From the human T2T-CHM13v2.0 reference genome, Homo sapiens, in assembly GCF_009914755.1 (NCBI RefSeq), contig NC_060927.1: a DNA stretch of 64,000 bases; one strand, written 5' to 3'. A model generated the notes under the pieces. That model did not search any database. It was not told where the DNA came from and saw only the letters and a list, made by a program, of their open reading frames with translations. Made by a program: the position numbers and the translations under genes. This document shows positions 1 through 18,076 of the stretch, in pieces (within the stretch, counting starts at the first letter, position 1; each line of letters begins with the position of its first letter).

Positions 1-896
1 TCTCCCATGTGTTCCACACTGCTCACTGGACAGGCAACCCCTGGCTTGGGTCCAAAGCACGAACCCTCCTTCTTGGGCTGATTGCACTGAGCAATTGGTA
101 ACCTGCATTTTTCTGGGGGTAGAGCCCCCAGGTGTCAAGCAAATGACTCTCGGCCACAGCACCTACTAAGATGAGCCTCTGCTACTTCTAAGCTGGGGAA
201 GGAACATAAACACAGATCACTCCAGAGCTGCAGTGGGCAGTCCAGGGGTGCTAAGTCGTGAACTACAGCCAGCACTCAAGGGGGAGAGGAACCCACACTT
301 TCGGAGCACTGAGAGGGAACACAGCTGCAACTGTGAAGAAACATACAGGAGCAGGAGTCTACCAATTGACCAATAAGCCTAAGTGTCACCTGCAGGATCA
401 CACCCCAAAGCTTCAACACGAAAAATATTTCACTAACATACACACCTCTGAAACCAGAGACAAGAAGTCAGCTTCAAATAAAGACCCTATAGAAAGCCTC
501 AGCACAGTGAAAACATCCAAAAAAGAAGTCTGTTGACTGTAGTCAATCTACGTTGCAGTCAAATGAACACCCACACACAGAGATGAGAAAGAACCAATGC
601 AAGAACTCTGGTTACTCAAATGGCCAGAGTATCATACGTCCTCCAAACGATCACACCAGTTCTCCAGCAAGAGTTCTTAACCAGGCTGAACTGGCTGGAA
701 TAACAGAAATAGAATTCAAAATATGGATAGGAACAAAGAGATCATCAAGATTCAGGAAGATGGCAAAACCCAATCCAAGGAAAATAAGAATTACAATAAA
801 GTAATACAGGTGCTGAAGGATGAAATAGCCAGTATGAAAAAGAACCTAATTGGTCTGACAGAGCTGAATAACACAATACAAGAATTTCACAATGTG

Positions 897-3063
<2,167 letters not shown>

Positions 3064-3516
3064 TTACAAATATTAACAGCAGAATAAACCAAGCTGAGGA
3101 AAGAATCTCAGAAATTGAAGACTGGTTCTCTGAAATAAGACAGTCAGACAAAAATCAAGAAAAAAAGAATAAAAAGGAATGAACAAAACCTCTGAGAAGT
3201 ATGGGATTATGTAGAGTCCAAATCTATGAATCATTGGCCTACTTGAAAGGGAGGAGGAGAAAGCAAACAACTTGGAAAATATGTTTCAAGATATCGTCCA
3301 TGAAAACTTGCCCAACCTTTGCTAGAGAGGCCAACAGTCAAATTCAGGAAATACAGAGAACTTCTGCAAGATTCTACACAAGAAGAACATCCTCAAGACA
3401 CGTAATCATCAGATTTTCCAAGGTTGAAATGAAAGAATGTTAAAGGCAGCTAGAGAGAAAGGGCAGTTTATCTACAAAGGGATCCCAATCAGGCTAACAG
3501 TGGGCCTTTCAGCTGA

Positions 3517-3771
<255 letters not shown>

Positions 3772-4749
3772 ATATTTAACATCCTTAAAGAAAAAACTTC
3801 CATCAAGAATTTCCTATCCAGCCAAACTAAGCTTCCTAAGTGAAGGAGAAATAAGATCCTTTTTAGCTAAGCAAATGTTGAGGGACTTCATTACCACTAG
3901 ACTTGCATTACAAGAGATCTTGAAAGGAGCACTAAATATAGAAAGGAAAAACCACTACCAGCTTATACAAAAACACACTTACACAGACCAGGGTCACTGT
4001 AAAGCAACCACACACACAAGCCAACATAGTAACCAGCTAACAGCACAATGACAGGATCAAATCCACACATGTCAATACTAACCTTGAATATAAACTTAAA
4101 TGCCCCACTTAAAAATGCACAGAGTGGCAAGCTGGATAAGAAAGCAAAACCCAATGGTCTGCTGTCTTCAAGAGATCCATCTCATATGTAATGACACTCA
4201 TGGGCTCATAATAAACGGATGGAGAAAAATCTACCAAACAAATGGAAAACAGAAATCAGCAGGGGTTGTAATCCTAATTTCAGACAAAACAAATTTCAAA
4301 CCAACAGAGATTTAAAAAGACAAGGAAGAGCATTCCATGATGGTAAAGGGTTCAATTCAACAAGAAAACCTAACTATCCTAAATATATATGCACCCAACA
4401 CAGGAGCACCCAGATTCATAAAGCAAGCTCGTAAAGACCTACAAAGAGATACACTGTCACACAGTAATAGTGGGAGACTTCAACACCCCACTGACAGTAT
4501 TAGATCATTGAGGCAGAAAATTAACAAAGATATTCAGGACCTAAACTCAGCATTGGACCAAATGGATCTGATAGATCTTTACAGAAGTCTCCACCCCAAA
4601 ACAACAGAACATACATTCTTCTCATTGCCACATGGCACATACTCTCAAATTGACCACATAATTGGACATAAAACATCCTCAACATATGTAAAAGAACTGA
4701 AATCATATCAAACATACTCTAGGTTCACAGCACAATAAAAGTAGAAGTC

Positions 4750-5049
<300 letters not shown>

Positions 5050-5360
5050 TCAACACAATGAAAACTGCTAAAAACCATACAATCCCATAAAAATTAAACT
5101 ACATGCTCCTGAATGACTTTTGAATAAATAATTAAATTAAGGCAGAAATCAGGAAGTTTTTTGAAAATAATGAAAACAAAGATACAATATACCAGAACCT
5201 CTGGGACACAGCTAAGGCAGTATTAAGAGGGAAATTCATAGCACCCACATCAAAAAGTTAGAAAGATATCTAAATTAACAACTTAAATTCATGACAGAAT
5301 TAGAGAAGCAAGAACAAATCAGCCCCAAATCTAGCAGAAAACAAGAAATAACAAAAGTCA

Positions 5361-5446
5361 GGCAGAGCTTGATGGCTCATGCCTGTAATCCCAGCACTTT
5401 AGGAAGCCGGGAAAGGTGGATCATTTGAGGTAAAGAGTTTGAAACC
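5361..5446 (+). mobile_element. Alu left-arm fragment fused to downstream L1 ORF2
   Basis: GGCTCATGCCTGTAATCCCAGCACTTT... runs straight into L1 CCATTCCTACAGAAACTATTCC. Confidence 0.75.
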
Positions 5447-6854
5447 ATTCCTACAGAAACTATTCCAAAAAAGTGAGGAGGAGGGGCTTCTCCCCAACTC
5501 ATTCTATGAGGCTGGCATCATCTTGCTACCAAAATCTGTCAGAGATACAACAAAAAAAGAAAACCTGAGGCCAATATCCCTGATGAACATTAATGCAAAA
5601 ATCCTCAATACAATACTGGCAAACTGAATCCAGCAGCACATCAAAAAGCTAATCCACCATGACCAAATATGCTTCATCCCCAGCATGCGACATTGGTTCA
5701 ACACAAGAAAATCCATAAATGTGATTCATCTCATAAACAGAACTAAAGACAAAAACCTCATGATCATCTCAATAGATGCAGAAAAAGCTTTCAAAAAAAT
5801 TCAACATCCCTTTGTGTTAAAAACTCTCAACAAATTAGGTACTGAGGGAACATACCTCAAAATGCAGCCATCAGTGACAAACCCACAGCCAACATCATAC
5901 TGAAGGGCAAAAGCTGGAAGCATTTCCTTTGAAAAGTGGCATAAAACAAGGATGCCCTCTCTCACCACTCCTGTTCAACATAATATTGGAAGTCCTAGCC
6001 AAGGGCAATCAGGCAAGAAAAAGAAATAAAGGGCATCCAAATAGGAAGAGAGAAAGTCAAACTATCTGCAGATGACATGATTCTATATCTAGAAAACCCC
6101 ATAGTCTTGGCCCAAAAGCTCCTTCAGCTGATAAACAGCTTCAGAAAAGTTGCAGGATGTAAAATCAATGTACAAAAATTACTGGCACTCCTATACACCA
6201 TCAACAACCAAACTGAGAACCAAATCAGAAAGGCAGTTCCATTCACAATTGCCACACACACAAAAATAAAATACCTAGGAATATGGCTAACCAGAGAGGT
6301 GAAAGATCTCTACAATGAGAATTATAAAACACTGCTGAAAGAAATCAGAGATGACATGAACAAATAGAAAAACATTCCATGCTCAGGCATAGGGAGAATC
6401 AGTATCATTAAAATGGCTATAATGCCCAAAGCAACTTATAGATTCAATGCTATCCCTATTAAACTACCAATGACATTCTTCATATAACTAGAAAAATTTA
6501 TTTTAAAATTAATATGGAACCAAAACAGAGCCCAAATAGCCAAGGCAATCCTAAGCAAAAAGAGCAAAGCTGGAGGAATCATACTACCCAACTTCAAACT
6601 ATACTGCAAGGCTACAGTGACCAAAACAGCATGGTACTGGTACAAAAACGGCCACATAGACCAATGGACAGAAAAGAGAACCCAGAAATAAAGCTGACCA
6701 TCTGATCTTTTACAAAGCTGACAAAAACCACAATGGGGAAAAGACTCCCTATTTAATAAATGGTGCTGGGATAACTGACTAGCCATAAGTAGAAGACTGA
6801 AGCTGGACCCCTTCCTTAAACCATATACAAAAATCAACTCAAGATGGATTAAAT

Positions 6855-6963
6855 GACGAGTTAATGGGTGCAGCAAACCAACATGGCACATGTATACATA
6901 TGTAACAAACCTGCATGTTATGCACATGTACCCTAGAACTTAAAGTATAATAATAATTTTAAA
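6855..6963 (+). mobile_element. ~110-bp 3' end of a younger L1 (L1PA3-5-like) inserted in the old L1
   Basis: GACGAGTTAATGGGTGCAGCA...GTACCCTAGAACTTAAAGTATAATAA; 14-bp TSD AAGATGGATTAAAT (6841-6854/6964-6977). Confidence 0.88.
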
Positions 6964-8558
6964 AAGATGGATTAAATACTTAAATGTAAAGCCCAAAACT
7001 ATAAAAGTCCTGGAAGAAAACCTAGGGATCATCCTGGACCTAGGGATGGATAAAGATACCATAACAAAGACACCAAAGCAACTGCAACAAAAGCAAAAAT
7101 TGACGTGGGATCTAATTAAACTTAAGAGCTTCTGCACAGTAAAAGAAACTATAATCAGAGTGAACAACCTACAGACTGGGAGAACATTTTTGCAATCTAT
7201 CCATCTGACAAAGGTCTAATATCCAGCATCTCCATGGAACTTAAACTTACAAGAAAAATACAAGCAACTCCATTAAAAAGTGGGCAAAGGACATGAACAG
7301 ACACTTCTCAAAAGAAGACATTTATGCGGCCAAAAAACGTGAAAAAAAGATCAACATCACTGATCATTAGAGAAATGCAAATCAAAACTGCAATGAAACA
7401 CCATCTCACACGATTATTAAAAAGTCAAGAAAAAGATGCTGGTGAGGCTGTGGAGAAATAGGAACACTTTACACTATTGGTGGGAATGTAAATTAGTTCA
7501 ATCATTGTGGAAAGGAGTATGGAGATTCCTCAAAGAGCTAAAAGCAGGACTACCATTCAACCCAGCAATCCCATTACTGGGTATATACCCAGAGGAATAT
7601 AAAGCATTCTACCGTAAAGACACATGTATGCGAATGTTCATTGCAGCACTATTCACAATAGCAAAGACATAGAATGAACCTAAGTGTCCATCAATGACAG
7701 ACTGGATAAAGAAAATGTAGTACATATACACTATGGAATCTTATGCAGCCATAAGAAAGAAGGAGATCATGTCTTTTGCAGGAACGTGATGGAGCTGGGG
7801 TCTATCATCCTTAGCAAACTAACACAGGAACAGAAAACCAAATAGCACATGTTCTCATTTATAAGTGGGGGCTAAATGATAAGAATTTATGAACACAAAG
7901 AAGAAAACAACAAACACTGGAGTTTACTTCAACAGGGCGGATGGGAGGAGGGAGAGGAGCAGAAATGATAACTATTGGGTACTGAGCTTAATACCTGGGT
8001 GATGTACAACAGATCCCCATGACAAGTTTATCTATGTAACAAACCTTCACATGTACCCCCAAAACTAAAATAAAAATTCAAAAAATAACTTAAAATTTTA
8101 AAAAAAGAAAACCTTTTACAATTGGGAATCAGCTTACCTTTCCAATCTTCTATCCACTCAACACCTGTGTTCCACTTGTACCAAGCGGGGCCAATTCCCA
8201 ATCTTTGTATATACCCTGTGTTTTTAACGCCTCTGATGATTTTGCTCACCCTGTCCTGGATTTCTCTTTATTTCCATCTTTACCCGTTGAATTGCTCCCA
8301 AGCCTCCAAGATCCGGCTCCAGTACCTTCTCCTATAATGATGTTCTTCCAGATCTTTGCAGTCAGATCTGTGGTATCAATTCATGTTTCCTTCCCAGCAC
8401 TGCGCCTCAGTTCTAGCCCTCACTAACTACAGATATATGTTACAGCTGGCTGTGTCCTCCTATCTCCCCACAGGGTCTGCAAGGCAGGGTGTGTTTCTGT
8501 TTTATCATCAACCCCCAAGGCAATTGGCCACACATACCTTTAAAAATAAATAACATCC

Positions 8559-8969
<411 letters not shown>

Positions 8970-9576
8970 TCACGGGTAATGTTTCAGCAAACATATTTTC
9001 ATGCATCTCTTTATGCACACATCCATGCATATATGCACAAATGGAATCATTTTGTGCATGCTTGGTTTTCTTTTGGACACCCTCTTTTCTAGTCTTTTCT
9101 TACCTGACTCTCCCCCTCACTGCTTTCCCCTACTCCCAGCTATTTAACAAGTTAAGCAATGTATAGCTTTTCTTAATTTTTCCATGCTAATATATCTATA
9201 TCAGTTTTTTGTTCTTGTTTATTTTACAAAATGGATTATCATGGTATATACACTTCTCTGCTTCTTGCTTTTCTAATTAAAGAAAGTCACAACAATTCTT
9301 CCAATTCAACTGGTATAAGTTCTAATTCATTCTTTTATTTTAGACCTCATGCAATGTTCCATGCTGTGGATGTACCAAAATTTATTCAAGAGATCCCCTA
9401 GCTATGACATTCAACTTCCTTTTTTAAAAAAATAGCTATTGCCATCAATGTTTCAATAATCGTTCTTACATGTATATCCAAATTCCCTGGTACTTTAATT
9501 TCTGAGGGATTGATGACCAGATATGAGACTGGACTACTTAAAATGTTAATAGATTGTCATCTAAAAAGCTGTAACA

Positions 9577-9925
9577 GGCCAGGCACAGTGGCTCCTGCCT
9601 GTAATCCCAACACTTTGGAAGGCCGAGGCAGGTTGATCATCTGAGGTCTGGAGTTCAAGACCAACCTGTCCTACATGGTGAAACCCCGTCTCTACTAAAA
9701 ATTTAAAAAAATTACCCGGGTGTGGTGGCAGGAACCTGTAATCTCAGCTGCTCAGGAGGCTGAGCCAAGAGAATCACTTGAACTTGGGAGGCAGAGGTTG
9801 CAGTGAACCGAGATTGTGCCACTGCACTCCAGCCTGGACAACAGAGTGAGACTCTGTCTCAAAAAAAAAAAAAAATACATAAAATAAAAATAAATACATA
9901 AATAAATAAATTAATTAATAAAATA
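9577..9925 (+). mobile_element. AluS with an (AAAT)n tail
   Basis: Alu consensus; GCTGTAACA duplication on both flanks. Confidence 0.9.
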
Positions 9926-11326
9926 AAAGGCTGTAACAATGTGCTCTGCATAATTTTAGCCATTCTGATAAGTGAATAGTGATAGTTTGTTGTTCCTTTA
10001 ATTTGTATTTCACTGACTACTACTGAAGTTGCTCATGTTTTGTCTTTTTCCCTCTAAGGACTTTTTGTTCTGTAAATTGCTTATTCGTATACTTAGCTCA
10101 TTTTTCTTTTGAGCTACTGGTCTTTTTCTTTTCAACCTGCAGGAATTTTTTGCATATTATAGATAGTAACTCTTTAATATGTTGTTATGTATGGAAGCAC
10201 TTTCCCCAATCTATCATTTATCTTTTAACTACGCTTGTAATTTTTTAAGCCATTACAACTTTTATAGGTTGACATGAAGCTCATGTAGCATTTATTTTGT
10301 AACTAGAATCAATATAGCACTTAAGAAATGAAAATAGTTTGCAGTTTCAAACTTCCTAGGGAAACCAATCTTCTATTTCAGTATTTCACAGCTTATTCTG
10401 GAATATGACACACCATCTGATGCCCTAATTCCATGCTCAGTTAATATTAGTTCACATTGCCCCATCCACAAACACAGTTGTGTCTATAATATAGTACAAA
10501 TTTTTTGTATATTATTATCTGGCATGATCACATTATATAAACCATTTTGATTAAACAAAATTCTAGTTAACAAATATATTATGACCACTAAATGGTAACC
10601 ACATTTAGTGGTCATCAAGTATTTTTTTTCTGCCCCAAGTTCACTCCTTTGGAAAATGTCTGCCTCCCACTGTCCCTCCCATGCAATTCTAGTGGTCTGC
10701 CAATCTTGAAACCCCACTCTCCTGACCACAATAGTGGGCACAAGCCACACTAAAACAAATACACTTCCTGTCCCAGGAATTTGAATCTTGAATTTTAGGA
10801 TGCCAGTGTCTTAAAAGGATTGAATTTAATTTCAGCCACTAAAATCCCCAGATCAACCCTGCTTGTCTTAATATACATAGTTATTTTCTTAGTGGATGAT
10901 GGTGATGGTTGCATAACAATGTGAATGTACTTAATGCCACAGAACTGTAGACTTAAAAATGGTCAAAATGGTAATATATATATTTACCACAATTTACCAA
11001 AAAACAAGACATTATAAAGAGGCCTTTGGAAAGATTGTTTATAGCCCATCTCCATGGGCTTACACTTAACAGTCACAGCAGCAGTATAGAATGGGCATAC
11101 ACTGCCAAGGCAGACAAGCTTCTTGCCTCCACTTGTGAGTCATGCCACCAACACCCTCTACTCTACTTCTCTCTAACCTCTGTTTCCTCATCTGGAAAAT
11201 AGGAATAATAAAGCAGCATGACTCTGATGCTGTGGAGCTTTCTTGAAATCTAAAATTCTGTTAAACCACTGTAGCATATACTTGCCAATATAAAATGGCA
11301 TAAAGCATAAAAGGAAATAAGTTTTT

Positions 11327-11906
<580 letters not shown>

Positions 11907-14562
11907 AAAGGAAATAAGTTTTTAAAAGGAAAAATAAGAAATCCCACACCATTTAGCTATCAACTTCTAGTCCCCATCTTTCCCCCCACCCACCAAGCTC
12001 CCACCTCAGACTCAGACCTAAGCAATCTCTAATCTACTTTCTATCTCTATAGATTTCCCTGTTCATATGAATGGGATCATAAAATATGTGGTGTTTTGTG
12101 ACTGGGCTTCTTTGTCTGTTTTGCTTTTAACTAAGCTGCCTCTGCCTGTGAGAAGCTGTGGAAACCCAGGAGCTCTAAACAAGCCTATAGGTTTAGAAAT
12201 TTTAAAGTTTTTCCATTTATAGCAGTTTTAAGTTTTCTTGTTATAAAAGTAATATATGTATTGCAAAAATCTCAAAGGATACAGAATTAACAAAAATAAT
12301 AAAATAAAAATCAGTTCTAATCCCACCACCCAGAAATAACCACTGTCAACATTTTGGTAAATATTCTTTCAGAGCTAGGCATATTATAAACACACACACA
12401 TACATACATCATACTATATATATTTAACATTTTTTCCTGATTTTAAAATGTATAGATGCTTGTGAATAGCTATTAAAATGGTATAGAGATGTAAAATTTA
12501 GGATAGAATGTACTTCAGAATCCTTCTATATATCTTCACTTAAGAATATATCAAAACATTTTCCATGTTCGCTCATAGAGATCTATTTCATTATTTCCAA
12601 CAGTTGTTAGTAGTCCACTATAGGAATCTGCCATTGTTTGTTTTGGCATTCTCCATTGATAAAATTTGTGTAGCTTCTATTTTTTGTCACTGAAATGACA
12701 CAATCAAGATTGTGTCACTTGATTCTTTGTGTTAGTATTTCGTAGAAGTGGAATTTGCTGGGTCAAAGGGTATGAAAATACGTGTTGTGTAACCTGTTTG
12801 TTTTGTTTAACCTATTAAGATATTATGAACATTTTCAAGATCATTAAATATTTAATTTACCTACCTAGTTTTATAATCTATGAATATATTAAAATTTATT
12901 TTCCCAATCCCCTAACACTAGAAATTGAGTTATTTCTAAAATTTTCACTATTAGAAACAACCTTGCAATAAACATTACTATAGCTAAATCTTGCATGCAT
13001 GCTTACAGTTTTTTCCTTAAGATGAATTCCTAGATATAAAATTGCCCCTTCAAGGAGTATGTATATTAAAAATAATAACTTTTATCAGTTTTTTTCTTAT
13101 TACAGAAATAATACATGGTTGGGTGATCCTAGATTAGAAAATATAGATAGGCAAGAAAATGAAACGTGCATTACTTTACCACCCAGAGGTAACCACTGGT
13201 AATATTGTGGAGGTGATCATTCATACCTATGCTGTTTGCATACTTTTTTTTTACATGACTGCAAATACAGAGCACATGTTGCTTTAAACTGCCTATAATC
13301 AATCTTTTTATGTCATTATCATTTAAAATATCTGCATAGTCTTTTATAAATGTACCAAAATTTATTTGCACAATCCTTATTGCTGAGCATTTAGGTTGTT
13401 AATGTACGTACTTTGAAAACTTTTCAGATGAGTGCTGTACACATGGAGGGAATCGTCTCACTGTTAAAGAGCCCAGAACAAAAGACTCCTGCCTCTTTAT
13501 AGACCTGAGAGACAGGGGGAGAGAGAGAGAGTGGGAAGGTCTAGGAGTAGAAAGGTACTGAGTCAAAGTGGAAAAAAGAAGTGCCTCAGCAAGGCCCCCA
13601 GTAAGGAGGCCAGTGAATGAAGGGACCAGGGCCAGGATTGTGAATATGCATGGCTGGTTGGGGTAGGGAGAAGAAGGGCCGAGTTCTTGACTGCAACTCC
13701 CTTCAGAAAAGTACAACGCACTGCCAGTGCAAGTGTGGTATGGGGAGGCAGCTTCTCCTCAATCAGGCCTGCCAGGCAAAGCCCAGTAATTGCTTATGAT
13801 CAGGCCTGAAAGATCACACATAGGATTTTGACCTGGAGCTGGACTCCTTAATAAATAGTAACAAATTGCCAAGACTTATTCGGTATCCCTCCCTACCAGA
13901 GTACACAACGGTGCCAGTAGAACTGGAAATGTGTCAGGGACCCCAGAGAAAAGACTAAAATGATTTCTTTTGGGGTGCGTAAACTGACAACTGAGGGCAG
14001 GTCGAAGAGTACCAACATGACTGGGCAACTGAATGAGCCTCAGCGAATCCTAAGCAGGCTGAGCCAAGTCTGATGTAATTGGGTCCCCTCCTTTTAGGGG
14101 ATGAGACTGAGTCATTGCCATTTATCTCCTTTGAGGCCTCTACTTCTGGAGCGAATACTAAGCACATATTGTACAAATGCTTGATTCTGCTCCATGACCT
14201 CAGAAAGTTATGATAAATTTCCTGAATATTTTTCCTTAATAAATTATCTATTTTAGTTTGTATTTCTTGAGTTTCCTTTAAACTCTTTTGAAATTTGCAG
14301 TTTGCACTAATTCACAGTCTGTTAGACACTGTGTATATGCTTGTGTTAAATTTTCTTGCTTCAATATTTAAATAATTGGGAATTTAAGCATTCTCTGGGT
14401 TGCCTCAGTTACACTTTTCATGATTTCATAAACTGTCATCACATTTCCTTTCCATATTTATTGTTTTGGCTTGACCTTTTCTTTTTTAACTCATAAGATA
14501 AGTGATTCTCAAGGCCTTTGACCATATGTGGATCTTCCTGAGTTCTATTAAATTATTATTAC

Positions 14563-14880
14563 TGGCCAGGTGTGGTGGCTTACGCTTGTAATCTCAACAC
14601 TTTGGGAGGCCAAGGAGGGCAGATTGCCTGAGCGCAGGAGTTTGAGACCAGCCTGGGCAACATGGCAAAACCCCATCTCTACAAAAAACAGAAAACAAGA
14701 AAGAGCTGGGTGTGGTGGTGCATGCCTGTAGTCCCAGCTACTTGGGGGGCTGAGGCAGGAGGATAACTTGAGCCTGGGGGGTCATAGCTGTAGAGAGCCG
14801 AGATTGCACCACTGCACTCCAAGCTAGGTGACAAAGCGAGACATCATCTCTAAGAAAAATAAAAGTAAAATAAAATAAAA
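14563..14880 (+). mobile_element. AluJ/S
   Basis: Diverged Alu consensus with an A-rich tail. Confidence 0.85.
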
Positions 14881-15239
14881 TAATTACTACTACTATTACT
14901 ACTATTATTATTTTAATTATCTATCATAGGGAAGCACTCTTGTAGGTTCTCAGAGAGGGACAAAATGTTGAATAACTTACAGCCCTCGATGAAATTATTA
15001 TCTTCCCTTGGGCTGTAGAAGTAGCCTATCAGACCAAGTCTTTAGAACAGACATATGAAAGAACATTCCAGATGGACAGTCCATTTGCTAATTCACAGAG
15101 TTGCTCAACTTTTTAGTAATGAGCATGAATGGAAGTTAATTTTCTTAACTCTTTGTGTCATATAACTAGACTCTCCCCAAAGGTAGGGGTGACTGGACCT
15201 CACAGTCCTGACTTCTGCCTAGAGATTCTCCTTCCCTAT

Positions 15240-15420
15240 GAGTTCTAACACCAACTACCAGAGTTAGGCCAAACTGCCCTCACTTCAGGCAGTATCTGCA
15301 AGTTCAACTTCCCCAGGTCACCCTCACCTCTGACCAGCTGGCTACAAAGAATTCAGGAAAGCACTCTACTTACAATTACAGTTGTATTATAGCAAAAGGA
15401 CACAAATGCATATCTCATTT
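15240..15420. mobile_element. MER21-like LTR fragment
   Basis: TTCTAACACCAACTACCAGAGTTAG...TCTGACCAGCTGGCTACAAA resembles the recalled MER21 consensus. Confidence 0.45.
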
Positions 15421-16584
15421 ATTCTTGCAATTCCACAGTTAAGAATTGAGACTACAGATATAATACATAATGTATGACAAATTATATTTTCAAGGATGGT
15501 ATTTGTAATAGCAAAATCAAATGTAACAAAAAAATAGCCACAGAAAAACTGGAAACAATGTAACATCAATTGGATACCTGTTAAATTATCTCATAATCAC
15601 GCATTTAAAAACAATGAAAAGAATGAGATAGAGCCATGTGTGTTAACATAGAAACAGCTCCAAAATATTTTATTAAATATAAAAGCAAGGGGCAACACAA
15701 TGTGTATAAATCTTTAAAAATAAAAACTGCCTGTATAAATACGAAATAGTACACACATGTATATTAATTGCTAGAAGGATCCACAAGAAACTCAAGTAAT
15801 TTCCTTAGGAAAGAATGACTGGGAGACCTTCAGTTTTCATTTTTTACCTTTAGAAGATATTTGCATTTGTTAGTAAGGGCATATAATTTTTTTAATGGAA
15901 AAAGTAAATAGGTTGCACACCAATGTGAATGTGCTTAATGCCACCTAACTGGACACTTAAAAATGGTTAAATTGGTAAATTTGAGGTTATGTATATTTTT
16001 CCATTTAATTTTTTTAGTAAACAATATATGTAAATTTATTTTAAATAAAAGAAATATCAAGAGGGGAATTAAGAAGTCACGGGAAGAGAGTGTCTGAGTG
16101 CGTGAGAAGCTGCAGGGTGGCAGTAGAAACAGGCTCAAGGCTCTGCCTGTTGACGCTGCCTGAAGGCGATTTGCGTAGGAGGCCTACCTAGGCTTGGGTT
16201 CAGAAAGGAGCCCATTTGTCTGAAATAAGTTGGGGAGGGGAATCTGGTAATATTTTATTTCTATTCGAGCTGTTGATTAGACTCTGCACTGGGTGAAATT
16301 AGAGAGCAGGAGGATTTATTGGGCAGTGTGACCAGTTTTCTACCTGAGTAACCAAGGTTTAACTTGTACAGATCCTATATAAAACCTGAGCTGGATTCCT
16401 GGTAGATGAGAAACTGTCCTGGACTCATGGACTCCTTGAATATCAGAGCTGAAAAGAACCTTAGGGAAGCTCTCCTTTTACTTGGAGACACAGGACCAAG
16501 GAATGACTTCTGTTGGTCCAAGTCACATGGATGGTACATGACTAAGCCAGGATTGTAACTCGGGTCTCCAGGCAAATACTGTTT

Positions 16585-16615
<31 letters not shown>

Positions 16616-17235
16616 GTTACACCAGCAGCAATAACGTTCTGGGCATGACTTCATTATCTTCACTCAATTTCTCTTCCTGTTAACTGCCCAACTGCTTCTC
16701 AAAATAAAGGTCTGGGTATTTGGTCGTTATTCTGTAGATACATTGCAGGGTTCCAGTTGTTAATATCTAGGATGATTGTGCCTGTATTCCATGTGTGAGG
16801 TTAAAAATTTTCTGGTTGTGTACTACTACATTTCATTGATTCCATGATGCATATTTTTTCACATTTTAACATCTCTGAAATCAGGATAAGGCTGATGATT
16901 GCTGTTGGCCAGGGCTGTCATGACAGTTATCATCACCTGTGCCTGTGCCTGTGCCTGTGTGAACTTGCCTGAAACCTTCCATTGACACCTGCTGGCAAGA
17001 ACAAGAAAGCTACGGCATCAAAACTTGCCAACGGAACGTCAGAAGTTTGGAAAAAATCACAGAGACGATAATGGATGCTTCTTTTGGAAAAGGTCTTATT
17101 ACTCTTGCTTTTTGGTACAGAGGACAGTATTACATAGAGAAATGCTGACATCAGCAGCTTTGACTTGGAAAGTGATCCAAAAGAGCAAAACTCTGAGCAT
17201 GAAGCTATTTCCTTTTTTATAAATGAAGAAGAATG

Positions 17236-17536
17236 AGGCCAGGCGCGGTGGCTCAGGCCTGTAATCCCAGCACTTTGGGAGGCCAAGGCGGGCGCATCAC
17301 CTGAGGCCAGGAGTTCGAGACCAGCCTGGCCAACATGGTGAAACCCCATCTCTACTTTAAAAAAAAAAAAAAAATTAGCCAGACGTGGTGGCACATGCCT
17401 GTAATCCCAGTTGAGGCAAGAGAATTGCTTGAACCAGGAGGCAGAGGTTGCAGTGAGCCGAGAACGTGCCACTGCACTCCAGCCTGGATGACCAGAGTGA
17501 GACTGTCTCAAAAAAAAAAAAAAAAAAAAAAAAAAA
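17236..17536 (+). mobile_element. AluS
   Basis: Alu consensus with a long A tail; GAAGAATGA duplication. Confidence 0.9.
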
Positions 17537-17585
17537 GCTGAAGAATGATAGATGTTCAAAAATCTCTTAAAATAAGCCCAAAGCA

Positions 17586-17872
<287 letters not shown>

Positions 17873-18076
17873 ACCCAAAGCAGTGCTTTCAGTAAACTTA
17901 AAATAAAAATTCTAAGTGCTAAGAAGCGTAATGGTACATAATGTGAGTTTTATAATCATTGGCAGATTAGATGAACTATGTTAACTATATTAATATTAAA
18001 CTATGAAATGAATCAAAGTCCCTTTTTCTTTTCTAGGCCTTGACCATTTAAAATAACATTATAATTCAGTAGAAGT

